Positions 36,420-45,815 of a DNA stretch of 64,000 nt are shown here, piece after piece. Source of the stretch: Acidimicrobiia bacterium (lineage in GTDB: Bacteria; Actinomycetota; Acidimicrobiia; Acidimicrobiales; JANYDT01); NCBI GenBank assembly GCA_031418035.1, contig JANOWU010000115.1, forward strand, positions 2,758 to 66,757. The letters run 5' to 3'. The stretch's first letter is position 1. The number at the start of each line of letters is the position of its first letter. The notes under the pieces were generated by a model. That model was not told the origin of the DNA and ran no database searches. It worked only from the letters and a program-made list of their open reading frames with translations. The position numbers were made by a program, and so were the translations under genes.

Positions 36420-36910
36420 GCTTCGTTCGCCGCGCTCGTTCGCCGTACGACGGCGCAAAGCGCACAGAGGTTCTCGAGCTCATGCGTACCACCATGCCCG
36501 CGTTCGGTGATGTGATGAATATCAGTCCAACGCCGGACGAGAACACCCCGGCGCCCGACAACGATGATCACGTGCCATAACCGCCCGCCGATTCCGGGCC
36601 GGAACCGACGACGTCGGCGTACCTACATCAAACGGCGAACCATCAGCACTCAACCACACACTCGACGTCACGCGGGCAGGCCCCCCTCCAACGGACGGGG
36701 ATGCGTGTTCCCCGCCAACCACTCCGACACGTTGCGGTACCCGTCGTCGCGATTCCTCGGCGACCCGCCGAACTCCGCAACCGTACGTGTACAGAACAAA
36801 TCGGCCTGATCCACAATCGCTCGTGCAGCCCTCACAATCGACGCATTCACGGTTCGCCCGAACGCAGAAAACCGGTGGCTGATGCCAACGCAGAAGCAGC
36901 AATCGCAAGG
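36420..36910 (-). pseudogene. Degraded DUF222/HNH endonuclease (REP13E12-like) remnant
   Basis: Three reading frames carry pieces in order. The first is DGYRNVSEWLAGNTH (DUF222-like, ORF 36668..36850). The second is PFDVGTPTSSVPARNRRAVMARDHRCRAPGCSRP (ORF 36522..36908). The third, after a frameshift, is WTDIHHITERGHGGTHELENLCALC (first about 40 aa of ORF 35711..36571). Confidence 0.7.
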
Positions 36911-37144
36911 TGGTGGGCGATGGAGGATTTCACGTGTACATGATGCCTCACCAAAACAAACATATGTTCGATTATTCGACCATTTCTCAGAAACGTGCAG
37001 GTCACACGACCCTGCACCCCCATTTCACACGCAACAACAGAATCCGCTTGGGACGACGCAATATCCACGCTCGTCCTCTCCTCCTCAGGGAGGATTCCGG
37101 GTTAAATCATTCGCATTGCAAGACATTGATGCGACCATGGACCC

Positions 37145-38089
37145 ATGAGAAACTTCCCGAGAAGCTTCATTCACCGCAGTGTGGTCGTAACCGTCGTGGC
37201 CATCGCCGCCACCATCGCGTCCACCATCGCCTCCACGTCGCCCGGATCAGCCGCGACCAAGACGTCGAAAAAGTCCGTGAAGGAAGCCGAATCCATCGAG
37301 GACTACTTCGGCGGGAACAACACCGATCAGCAAAAGCGCATTACCCGGAACGTGAACGAATCCATCCAGAAGTGCATGAAGGGTGAAGGGTTCGAATACA
37401 AGATTCCACCTGATACGTCGGTGCAGTTTCCCACCGGGACTGATTCGGCAAGTCAGCAGGCGTTCGTAAAGAAGTATGGGTACGGAATAAGCACGACGAT
37501 CGACGTGAACAGTCTGAAGCCGGGAAACTCTGACCCGAACGCCGCCATCCGCAGCAAGCTTTCCCCGGCAGATCAGAAGGCGTACGACAACGCGCTGATA
37601 GGGGGCACCGCGACCGGACCGACGGGCGACCCGAAGTCCTGCATCACGAAGGCACTTTCGTTTCTCGGCGACCTCACCAAGCTCACGACGCTCTTCACCA
37701 AGTACGAGTCCGAGGTGACGAAACGCATCGACTCCAACCCGAAGGTTGTCGCTGCGATGAAGAAGTGGTCGGCGTGCATGAAGGACAAGGGTTTCACGTT
37801 TGCAAAAGACGGTGACATCGTGACCGACATCTCGAATCGGTTGAGCAAGATCATCGGCACGGGCGGCTTCGGTGGACTCTTCGGCGGTGCAAGCCCAGAT
37901 CCCGCAAAGATCGACAAGGTCGCACTGTCGAAGCTGCAAAAAGAGGAGATCGCGACCGCGACGCAAGACTTTGCGTGCACAGAGAAACACCTCGGCCTTC
38001 GTAAGACACTCAAGCGGGATCTCGATCGCGACTTCATTACAGCGAACCAGTCCGATGTCGATGGGTTTCGCGACAAGCTAAACGGATGA
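37145..38089 (+). CDS. Secreted hypothetical protein with a duplicated C-M-K-x-x-G-F module
   Basis: Signal/TM VVVTVVAIAATIASTIASTSPGSAA. It has two similar segments, SIQKCMKGEGFEY and WSACMKDKGFTF, and visibly lower GC than neighbours. It is the first gene of a four-gene operon. Confidence 0.7.
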   Translation: MRNFPRSFIHRSVVVTVVAIAATIASTIASTSPGSAATKTSKKSVKEAESIEDYFGGNNTDQQKRITRNVNESIQKCMKGEGFEYKIPPDTSVQFPTGTDSASQQAFVKKYGYGISTTIDVNSLKPGNSDPNAAIRSKLSPADQKAYDNALIGGTATGPTGDPKSCITKALSFLGDLTKLTTLFTKYESEVTKRIDSNPKVVAAMKKWSACMKDKGFTFAKDGDIVTDISNRLSKIIGTGGFGGLFGGASPDPAKIDKVALSKLQKEEIATATQDFACTEKHLGLRKTLKRDLDRDFITANQSDVDGFRDKLNG

Positions 38090-38093
38090 CCGA

Positions 38094-40451
38094 ATGAAAC
38101 GTACTGTCGCTGGTGGTGCCGCGCTTGCCGTTGTCGTGGCCGCCGCTGGAGGTGGGTGGCTCGCCGGCCGTCGGGTCGCTTCCCCGGCGGAGGTCGCCTC
38201 ACGTTCCAAAGCTCCTCCGGCGAGTCGTATCACCGTGGCCGTGGAGCGAACCGTTCTTGCTTCGACGTTGATCACCCGGGGCCTCGTGCGTTACGGCGAG
38301 CCCAAACCGGTCGTCCTCTCACAGTCTTCGTTGAAGACGATTGCACCGGTGGTTACCCAATCTCCGGAGAAGGGCCGCTCCCTCGCCGAAGGTGACAAGG
38401 CGCTCGAGATCGGCGGCCGTCCTGTGCTCGTCGTCGAGGGTGCGCTGCCGACCTATCGTGATTTGCGCCCCGGCGACCGCGGGGTCGACGTCGATCAATT
38501 GAAGGCGGCACTCAAGAGACGGGGCTTCGATTCCGGTTCTGGTGAAACATACGACGCCAGTACTGAACGAGCCGTCACGAGTTGGTACCGCTCGGTCGGC
38601 TATGACCCGTTCGAACCGACCGAAGCTCAGAAGCAGCAGTTACGCACGGCGCGCGACGCAGCCCAACGATCGCGCGACGCCGTGATAACAGCCCAGCGGG
38701 CGCTGGAAACCGCCGAGGCGCCCGAGCGGCGTCTTCAGGCCCAGGAATCCGCAGCGAGTGCACGCGAGCGAGTCGTTACTGCGGTAGACGCTACGAATCG
38801 TGACGTCGACCGAGCCGTTGCGGAGGTTGCGGCCCGCGAGGCTGCGCTCCGCTCAGCAGAGACCGCCGCGAAGGCCGCTCAAGATGCTTTGGCGAAAGCG
38901 CAACGAGATGCCGCGGATCGAGCACCGGTCGACGACGCCACCGTTGCGGTACGCGACGCCGAACTGGCCATCCCCGATGCTGAACAGGTTGTCGCTGATG
39001 CGAAGCGCGCATATGAAGACGCCAAGCTCCTCATCCCGGAAGCGGACAAGAGCGTCGAGAACGCCAGGTTCGATCTGGTCGACGCACAAAAGTCGGTCGA
39101 CGACGCCCGCAAGCAGGTCGACGTGGCCAAACGCGGTCGCCAGACCAGTGGCGGAGTCATCGACCAAAACGGTGTCCCGATCCCCCTCACCCAAATCGTG
39201 ATCAGCGAGGACGAAATCCGCGCGGCCGAGGCGGGAGTGCGCAGCGCAGAAGCGCGGGTGCGCGCCGCCGAGGGTGCCGTTCGTCAGGCCGAAAATCTGG
39301 TCACGCAACGGAAGAAGACCGTCGACGACGCGCAACGAGCGATCGAAAAGGCCGAACGCGGTGTGGTGAAGGCACGAGAGGGAGTTCCGCGGTCGAAGAC
39401 TGCGCTGACCCGAGCCGAGCAGGCCGTGGCGGATCGCTCCCTGCAGGTCAGCGATCTGGCCACGAAGGCCGACGACGCTCGACGGGCGATCCCACGTGCC
39501 CGTGCCGATCTCGCCACGGCCGAGGATGGCCTCGCGAGTGCCAAGCGCGCAGCCCGCATTGCCGTACGCCAGGCAAAGTCGGGGGCGACGATTGCCGACT
39601 CCTCGCTCCAACAGACGCGGCGCGGCCTCGACGCCAAGAGCGCACGAGAACAGCTCGTCAACGCGAAAGCAAACCTCGAGCGCTCTGAAGAAGAGCTCAG
39701 CGACCTCGAGGCAAAAACGGGTGTCGCAGTCCCAGCGACTGAGCTCCTGTTCTTTCCGTCGTTGCCGCTGCGTATCGACGACACGAAGCTGAATCGCGGT
39801 GATCCGGTTTCCGGTCCGGTCATGACCGTGACCACGGCTCGCCTCGCCGTCGATTCCTCGCTCGACGTCGCCGACGCGAAGTTGGTCAAAGTCGGTTCCT
39901 CGGTCACGATCGAGGCATCCGACTTCGACATCACGCTCGAGGGCAAGATCACCGAGTTGGCGACCGCCCCCGGCACGAAAGGCGTCGATGCCGACAAGAT
40001 CTACGTCGAGGTGACGCCCGATGCTGGCCCCGGAGCCAGTGCGGAGCAGCTCAACGGATCGTCAGTGAAGCTCACGTTCCCGGTCCGATCGACGGACACG
40101 GAGGTCTTGGCCGTCCCGGTCGCAGCCCTTTCGGTGGCCGCCGATGGAACCAGCCGGGTCGAGGTTGAAGACGACCCGGGCAAGCCGACCCGCTTTGTGA
40201 CCGTGACGCCGGGTCTGGCCGCGGAAGGCAAGGTTGCCATCTCCATCGTCGGGAAGGCGTCGCTTCGCGAGGGCGATCAGGTCGTTGTCGGATCCGGTGC
40301 GCCGACCGACATCTCGGGAAGCAGTGACACCTCCACCAGCTCCGAGGACTCCGCACCAACGTCCTCACGCGATTCCGTCGCCGCGTCAGATCCCGTCGGC
40401 GCCTCCGATGCCACGGACGAGGGCGACGTCGCGTCGGAGTCGAGCGGGTGA
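38094..40451 (+). CDS. Membrane-anchored periplasmic-adaptor-like (HlyD/MacA-like) protein with a peptidoglycan-binding domain and a very long coiled coil
   Basis: N-terminal TM, PG_binding_1-like [22 protein letters not shown]...TERAVTSWY, about 370 aa of Ala/Arg/Glu/Asp heptad-like sequence, a beta-rich C-terminal part and an acidic Ser/Asp tail. It starts 4 nt after the previous gene. Confidence 0.7.
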   Translation: MKRTVAGGAALAVVVAAAGGGWLAGRRVASPAEVASRSKAPPASRITVAVERTVLASTLITRGLVRYGEPKPVVLSQSSLKTIAPVVTQSPEKGRSLAEGDKALEIGGRPVLVVEGALPTYRDLRPGDRGVDVDQLKAALKRRGFDSGSGETYDASTERAVTSWYRSVGYDPFEPTEAQKQQLRTARDAAQRSRDAVITAQRALETAEAPERRLQAQESAASARERVVTAVDATNRDVDRAVAEVAAREAALRSAETAAKAAQDALAKAQRDAADRAPVDDATVAVRDAELAIPDAEQVVADAKRAYEDAKLLIPEADKSVENARFDLVDAQKSVDDARKQVDVAKRGRQTSGGVIDQNGVPIPLTQIVISEDEIRAAEAGVRSAEARVRAAEGAVRQAENLVTQRKKTVDDAQRAIEKAERGVVKAREGVPRSKTALTRAEQAVADRSLQVSDLATKADDARRAIPRARADLATAEDGLASAKRAARIAVRQAKSGATIADSSLQQTRRGLDAKSAREQLVNAKANLERSEEELSDLEAKTGVAVPATELLFFPSLPLRIDDTKLNRGDPVSGPVMTVTTARLAVDSSLDVADAKLVKVGSSVTIEASDFDITLEGKITELATAPGTKGVDADKIYVEVTPDAGPGASAEQLNGSSVKLTFPVRSTDTEVLAVPVAALSVAADGTSRVEVEDDPGKPTRFVTVTPGLAAEGKVAISIVGKASLREGDQVVVGSGAPTDISGSSDTSTSSEDSAPTSSRDSVAASDPVGASDATDEGDVASESSG

Positions 40452-41311
40452 GTGCAGTCGCTTCGCCCTCGGCGACGGGGCTCGCGAACGAACCCTTCTG
40501 CGTCGTTGAGCTATGCGCGCTTACAAAATCGTTTCCGACGATTCCACCGGTCCACGCGCTCCGGGGAGTCGACCTGAGGATCTATGCCGGCGACGCGATC
40601 GCCGTCGTCGGACCGAGCGGTTCTGGGAAGTCGACCCTGTTGAACGTGCTCGGCTGTCTTGATCGACCGACGACCGGAACGTATCGACTTGCCGGTCTCG
40701 ACACCTCGGAGCTGAACGATGGCGGGCTCGCTGCTATGCGAGCAGCGTGGATCGGGTTCGTGTTCCAGTCGTTTCACCTCCTGTCGCATCGCACGGTCGT
40801 CGAAAACGTCATGCTGGCCGAATTGTACGGGTCGAAGGGCGTTCCGGCGATCGGCGCAGGCGGCCGCAAGATGATGGCGTGGCAACGCAGCCACGACGAC
40901 ACGGGGTCGGCCGATGCAGCGCCGATGACCGACCGCAGCCGTCGAGCAAGACGTATGCGCGCGGAGGATGCGCTCGAACGCGTCGGACTCGCTCACCGGA
41001 AAGAATTCAAACCCACCCGATTGTCCGGTGGCGAGCGCCAGCGTGTGGCGATTGCCCGCGCGATCGTGCACCGACCACAGGTACTCTTCGCCGACGAACC
41101 CACGGGAAATCTCGACTCCCACAACACCGTCGAGATCCTTCGGCTCTTCGACGAACTCCGAGCCGACGGGCTAACCGTCGTGACGATCACCCACGACCTC
41201 GAAGTCGCCGAACACTTCGACCGGCGCGTACACATGCGAGACGGGGAGCTCTTCGACGACGCAGGAACGCGGCTGGGGACGACGCCGGATCACTTGCGAG
41301 ACGCGCAGTGA
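40448..41311 (+). CDS. ABC transporter ATP-binding protein (MacB/LolD-type)
   Basis: Walker [10 protein letters not shown], signature [14 protein letters not shown] and Walker [12 protein letters not shown]. An insertion of about 35 aa precedes the signature motif. The GTGA start overlaps the adaptor stop. Confidence 0.9.
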   Translation: MSAVASPSATGLANEPFCVVELCALTKSFPTIPPVHALRGVDLRIYAGDAIAVVGPSGSGKSTLLNVLGCLDRPTTGTYRLAGLDTSELNDGGLAAMRAAWIGFVFQSFHLLSHRTVVENVMLAELYGSKGVPAIGAGGRKMMAWQRSHDDTGSADAAPMTDRSRRARRMRAEDALERVGLAHRKEFKPTRLSGGERQRVAIARAIVHRPQVLFADEPTGNLDSHNTVEILRLFDELRADGLTVVTITHDLEVAEHFDRRVHMRDGELFDDAGTRLGTTPDHLRDAQ

Positions 41312-42516
41312 GAACGACCCTGCAGTTTCGAGATCTTGTCGACGAATCGGTCGCTGGTCTTCTGGCGCGGCCGGCACGAGCGATCCTCACCGTCCTCGGC
41401 ACCGTTCTCGGTATCGCTGCGCTCGTCGCAACGGTGGGCGTCTCGAAAACGGCGGGCAACCAGATCGTTTCTCGATTCGACGTTCTTTCGGCCACCGAGG
41501 TCATTGTTCGGCCGGCTGATTCCTTCGCCGGTCAGCGAAACTCCACGCTTCCCTGGACCGCGCAGGATCGATTGGAGCGCCTCAACGGGGTTGTTGCCGC
41601 CGGGACCTTGAGCGACGTCGACGTGAAAGGTGCACTCGTGCGATCCGTGCCGGTCAACGACACTGTCGGCATCACCGAGTTCCAGATGACCGTGAAAGCA
41701 GCATCTCCGGGCACGTTTCGCGCCCTGCGGACACGCCTTGGGCAAGGACGAGTGTTCGACGCCGGACACTCGCGCCGAAGCGATCGAGTCGCCGTGCTCG
41801 GCCGAGGGGCAGCCGAGCGGTTGAACATCCAGCGTGTCGATCAACAACCCGCAGTGTTCATCGGAAACCGTTTGTTCGTCGTTCTCGGGATCATCGACGA
41901 CGTCGCACGCGAGCCCGATCTATTGGACTCCGTCGTGATATCGGATGGCACTGCCCGTTCCGTGTATCGCCTGGAGGCTCCCGCCGCCGTTCACATCGAC
42001 ACCGAGATCGGTGCGGCACGGCTCATCTCCACCCAAGCTGCGGTAGCCCTCGACCCCAACGACCCCAAACGCCTGAGCGTCTCGGCGCCTCAGGAACCGA
42101 AACGAGTGAAGGAAGGCGTCGAGCAGGACGTGAACTCACTCTTCTTGATCCTCGGTGCCGTGTCCCTGCTGGTGGGCGCCATCGGCATTGCCAACGTCAC
42201 ACTTGTATCCGTTATGGAACGCACCGGGGAAATCGGTCTGCGGCGCGCCCTCGGTGCCGCCCGCCGACACATCGCCGGGCAATTCCTTGCCGAGTCCACC
42301 GTGATGGGACTCATTGGCGGTGTGCTGGGTTCGTCGATAGGTGTGCTTATTGTTGTTGCAGTTAGTGCATCGCGGCAGTGGACGCCGGTCCTCGACGCCT
42401 GGATCCCTGTGGGCGCACCGCTCCTTGGAGCCCTCGTCGGACTGTTCGCCGGGCTCTACCCCGCGTTGCGCGCGGCGGGTCTACAACCGGTGGATGCGCT
42501 GCGCGCAGGAACCTAA
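41308..42516 (+). CDS. ABC transporter permease, FtsX/MacB-type
   Basis: GTG at 41308 overlaps the ATPase stop (GTGA). A TM is followed by a large extracytoplasmic domain, then three C-terminal TMs with [11 protein letters not shown] (FtsX-family motif). The track ORF start at 40747 is an upstream open frame. Confidence 0.85.
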   Translation: MRTTLQFRDLVDESVAGLLARPARAILTVLGTVLGIAALVATVGVSKTAGNQIVSRFDVLSATEVIVRPADSFAGQRNSTLPWTAQDRLERLNGVVAAGTLSDVDVKGALVRSVPVNDTVGITEFQMTVKAASPGTFRALRTRLGQGRVFDAGHSRRSDRVAVLGRGAAERLNIQRVDQQPAVFIGNRLFVVLGIIDDVAREPDLLDSVVISDGTARSVYRLEAPAAVHIDTEIGAARLISTQAAVALDPNDPKRLSVSAPQEPKRVKEGVEQDVNSLFLILGAVSLLVGAIGIANVTLVSVMERTGEIGLRRALGAARRHIAGQFLAESTVMGLIGGVLGSSIGVLIVVAVSASRQWTPVLDAWIPVGAPLLGALVGLFAGLYPALRAAGLQPVDALRAGT

Positions 42517-42523
42517 CGCCAAC

Positions 42524-43744
42524 CTAGCGGCGTGCGCGAAGCGCCACGATGCGATCGAGAACGACGGCAGCGATATCGGATTTCGACTGCAGCGAAACCA
42601 CCTGCTCGCCTCCGTCGGCGTCGAAGATCGAAACCGCGTTGGTTTCGTGTTCGAAACCAACGCCGGGCGCTGAAACATCGTTGGCCACGATGAGGTCGAG
42701 GTTCTTGCGCTGAAGCTTCGCTTTGGCATACTCGGCAAGGTTCTGCGTTTCGGCCGCGAAGCCGACGAGGATCTGACCCGAACGCTTGGCAGCGCCGAGT
42801 CCGGCGATGATGTCGACCGTTGGCTCCAACACGATCTGCGGGGCGCCTCCGGCCTTCTTGATCTTCTGGTCGGCGGCGTTGGCAGGACGGAAATCCGCAA
42901 CGGCTGCCGCCATAACGATGACGTCGGCACGCGTGGCGCCAGCCTGCATCGCTTCAGCCATTTCTGCAGCGCTTTCGACGCGGACCACCGTTGCGCCGCT
43001 CGGAGCCGGCAGCGAAACCGTCGACACGATCGTGACGATCGCGCCGCGTCGAGCGGCCTGCTCGCCGAGTGCGTAGCCCTGCTTCCCCGACGACCGGTTC
43101 CCGATGAATCGCACCGGGTCGATCGCCTCACGGGTACCCCCGGCGCTGACCAGCACGTGGACGCCCGCGAGGTCGTGCGTCGAGGGTTGCGACGACTGCG
43201 CGCACACATCGACAGCCGCGGAAACGATGTCGACGACGTCGGCCATACGGCCCGCGCCAAAGTCACCACTGGCCAGGGCTCCAACGCCCGGGTTGACGAT
43301 GTGCACGCCACGACGACGAAGGGTCGCAACGTTGTCGACGACAGCTGGGTGTTCCCACATTTCGGTGTGCATCGCTGGCGCGACCATCACCGGCGCTCGG
43401 GTGGCGAGGAGTGTTGCGGTGAGGAGATCATCGGAGATCCCTGCGGCGTAGCGACCAATGAGACGAGCCGTAGCTGGAGCGACGATGAGCAGGTCCACGG
43501 ACTTGGCCAGACTGGTGTGCGGCGATGGGTCCCCCGCCGGATCGTCCCAGAGCGACACCTTTGCCGGTTCTGAGCTAAGCGCGCTGAAAGTAAGCGCTCC
43601 TACGAATCGAAGGGAGTCTTGCGTAAGTATCGGAATGACGTGGGCACCGGCGTCGGTGAGGCGGCGGCAAAGATCCACCGCCTTGTATGCAGCGATCCCG
43701 CCGCTTACCCCGACGACAATTCGAGATCCGGAAAGCGATCCCAC
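42524..43744 (-). CDS. coaBC: Bifunctional phosphopantothenoylcysteine decarboxylase / phosphopantothenate-cysteine ligase
   Basis: RIVVGVSGGIAAYKA flavoprotein N-terminus and a CoaB C-terminal half. GTG 43744 is preferred because ATG 43792 would overlap rpoZ by 38 nt. Confidence 0.85.
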   Translation of the reverse strand: MGSLSGSRIVVGVSGGIAAYKAVDLCRRLTDAGAHVIPILTQDSLRFVGALTFSALSSEPAKVSLWDDPAGDPSPHTSLAKSVDLLIVAPATARLIGRYAAGISDDLLTATLLATRAPVMVAPAMHTEMWEHPAVVDNVATLRRRGVHIVNPGVGALASGDFGAGRMADVVDIVSAAVDVCAQSSQPSTHDLAGVHVLVSAGGTREAIDPVRFIGNRSSGKQGYALGEQAARRGAIVTIVSTVSLPAPSGATVVRVESAAEMAEAMQAGATRADVIVMAAAVADFRPANAADQKIKKAGGAPQIVLEPTVDIIAGLGAAKRSGQILVGFAAETQNLAEYAKAKLQRKNLDLIVANDVSAPGVGFEHETNAVSIFDADGGEQVVSLQSKSDIAAVVLDRIVALRARR

Positions 43745-43754
43745 TGCGATGCGA

Positions 43755-44060
43755 TCAGGCGGTTGGTTCTGTCGCCTCGACCACGGGCGCATCGACCGAC
43801 GCGGCCACCACAGCCTCAGGTCGCTTGTTGTGATTGATCTTGTCAGCCACGATCTCTTCGAGAGCGACCGACAGCGGCTTGCTCGACACCGACGCGACCT
43901 GTGGCGGAATCATCGCGCCGAGTCCATCGCCGAGGCCCTGGTAGTACGAGTTGATTTGGCGAGCGCGTCGGGCGGCCACCGTCACCAACGTGAACTTGGA
44001 GTCGACTCGGTCAAGAAGGGCCTCGATGGGCGGATCAGTAAGTCCAGTGCGCTTTGCCAT
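43755..44060 (-). CDS. rpoZ: DNA-directed RNA polymerase subunit omega
   Basis: PPIEALLDRVDSKFTLVTVAARRARQIN is the canonical RpoZ core. It sits in gmk-rpoZ-coaBC synteny. Confidence 0.9.
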   Translation of the reverse strand: MAKRTGLTDPPIEALLDRVDSKFTLVTVAARRARQINSYYQGLGDGLGAMIPPQVASVSSKPLSVALEEIVADKINHNKRPEAVVAASVDAPVVEATEPTA

Positions 44061-44103
44061 GTTGTTGCCTCGTCATAATTGTGATTCGGGAACCGGTCAG
44101 GAT

Positions 44104-44667
44104 TTATGTCGCGTTGGACACACGCACTGCACGGTGGGCTTCTACGATACCAGCCACTTCGGCTACTGCCCGTTCGAGCTGGTCATTGACCACCACATGA
44201 TCGGCAATTCGATGCCCGATCTCCTCTTCGGCCGCCGCTTTGGCGAGCCGTCTAGCAATGGTGGCCTCGTCGTCACCTCGGGAGCGAAGCCGAGACTCCT
44301 GCGCTTCGCGCGACGGGGGCTCGATGAATATGAGGATGGCACCGGCCATCTTCGCTTCGACCTGCTGGGCGCCCTGCACGTCGATTTCCAGGACCACATC
44401 GGAACCCGCGGGCGGCGTCGGGATCGGCGTCCCATAGAAGTTGGCGAACACCTCGGCGTATTCCAAGAACCCGTTGGCAGCAATATGTGCCCCGAAGGTT
44501 TCCTGGTCGACGAAGCGATACGCGTACGGGGACTCGTTCTTACGACGCGAGCGAGTCGTCCATGATCGTGACAGCCACAGTGACGGGTCCGCCTCCACGA
44601 GCGCATCGACAATGGTGCCTTTGCCAGTGCCGGATGGACCGGAAATCACAAAGACCAGAGGCGTCAT
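44104..44667 (-). CDS. gmk: Guanylate kinase
   Basis: [13 protein letters not shown]-loop, SRSWTTR and [14 protein letters not shown]. Confidence 0.9.
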   Translation of the reverse strand: MTPLVFVISGPSGTGKGTIVDALVEADPSLWLSRSWTTRSRRKNESPYAYRFVDQETFGAHIAANGFLEYAEVFANFYGTPIPTPPAGSDVVLEIDVQGAQQVEAKMAGAILIFIEPPSREAQESRLRSRGDDEATIARRLAKAAAEEEIGHRIADHVVVNDQLERAVAEVAGIVEAHRAVRVSNAT

Positions 44668-44715
44668 GTTCGCTGTTCGTCTTTCGAGGACCGACCGCCG
44701 CTGCCTTCGATGGAC

Positions 44716-45036
44716 CTATTCCGATTTTGCGAGTTCGAGCAACTTCGTGCGTTGATTGCCGCCGAGTCCTCGGACACGGCGCGTCTCCGCAATGCCGAGT
44801 TCTTCGAGCGTGCGGCGCGCCTTCACTTTGCCAAGTCCGGGTAGCGATTCGAGAAGCACGAGGACCTTCGTGTTGCCGACGACTTCGTCGGTCTCGCCAC
44901 GGTGAAGGACTTCAGCAAGTGTAATAGCACCCATCTTGAGTTGCGCTTTTAGTTCTGCGCGTTCGGTACGGGCGATCGCTGCCTTGGCCAGTGCGGCCTG
45001 GCGCGCTTCTGTTGAGAGAGCGGGGGGAAGAGCCAT
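44716..45036 (-). CDS. mihF: Actinobacterial integration host factor
   Basis: Start at MALPPAL (GGAGG RBS). LKMGAITLAEVL...VLVLLESLPGLGKVKARRTLEELGI is typical of mIHF. It is positioned between pyrF and gmk, as in mycobacteria. Confidence 0.85.
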   Translation of the reverse strand: MALPPALSTEARQAALAKAAIARTERAELKAQLKMGAITLAEVLHRGETDEVVGNTKVLVLLESLPGLGKVKARRTLEELGIAETRRVRGLGGNQRTKLLELAKSE

Positions 45037-45116
45037 ACCTCCGAAGGTAGCCGACGTCGTTGCCCGTTCGTGGTCAAATCCCAAGGTTTCAATCGAAAGG
45101 AACCCGATTTCGATTT

Positions 45117-45815
45117 TTAGAGGGCGGCGCTCACTTCGTCGGCGATCGCCAGCGCGGCGGCGGGACGATTCGCTGCAGACGTCACCGCACGGCCAATAAC
45201 CAACAGGTCCGCACCTCCTGCCGCTGCTTCGGAGGGAGTAGCGGGCCGCGCCTGATCGTTGGTCGCGGTGTCGCTGGGGCGAATTCCCGGCACCACTCGG
45301 ACCATCCGTGGTGCCAAAAGTCTCACCTCGGAAAGGTCACCCGCTGCACAGACGACGCCGCGACATCCCCCTTCCATTGCCGTGCGCAGTCGCGAACCCA
45401 AAATGTGTTCGGGTGCGTCGCCGTCACTCGTCAAGATGGTGATGGCCAGAGGAATCGGCTCGGCCAGGCCGGCCAGCGACGCTCCTTCGAGCATTCCTTC
45501 GGTGCCGGCACGAAGCATGTCCGCACCACCGTGGCCGTACATGGTGAGATAGCTGGCGCCGAGTGAACCCGCCACCTTGGCTGCCTTGCCGACCGTATTC
45601 GGAATATCGACCATCTTCAGGTCGAGGAACACCCGAAAGCCGAGATCGATCAGCTGCGGAATGATGGCCGGTCCGACGCCGGTGAAGAGTTCGAGGCCGA
45701 CCTTGGCAACGCCGAACCACGGTGCGAGCTCGCGTGCGATTTGCAGGGCGACGACTTCGTCGTCGACGTCAAGGGCGAGGGCAAGAAGGTCTCGCGCCGG
45801 GTGCATGTCAGCCAT
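45117..45815 (-). CDS. pyrF: Orotidine-5'-phosphate decarboxylase
   Basis: LALDV...KVGLELF...FLDLKMVDIPNTV motifs. Overlaps the pyrD stop by 8 nt. Confidence 0.9.
   Translation of the reverse strand: MADMHPARDLLALALDVDDEVVALQIARELAPWFGVAKVGLELFTGVGPAIIPQLIDLGFRVFLDLKMVDIPNTVGKAAKVAGSLGASYLTMYGHGGADMLRAGTEGMLEGASLAGLAEPIPLAITILTSDGDAPEHILGSRLRTAMEGGCRGVVCAAGDLSEVRLLAPRMVRVVPGIRPSDTATNDQARPATPSEAAAGGADLLVIGRAVTSAANRPAAALAIADEVSAAL

Noticed and set aside
40747-41307. 187-codon N-terminal extension of the permease ORF
   Set aside because: It overlaps the ATPase gene in another frame and its product is Arg/Pro-rich nonsense. A GTG overlapping the ATPase stop (GTGA) gives a normal FtsX-type N-terminus.
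45092-45114. AT-rich 7-bp hairpin (ATCGAAA..TTTCGAT) immediately after the pyrF stop, as a possible pyr operon terminator
   Set aside because: The stem is short and weak and no U-tract follows on the transcribed strand. That is not enough to call a terminator.
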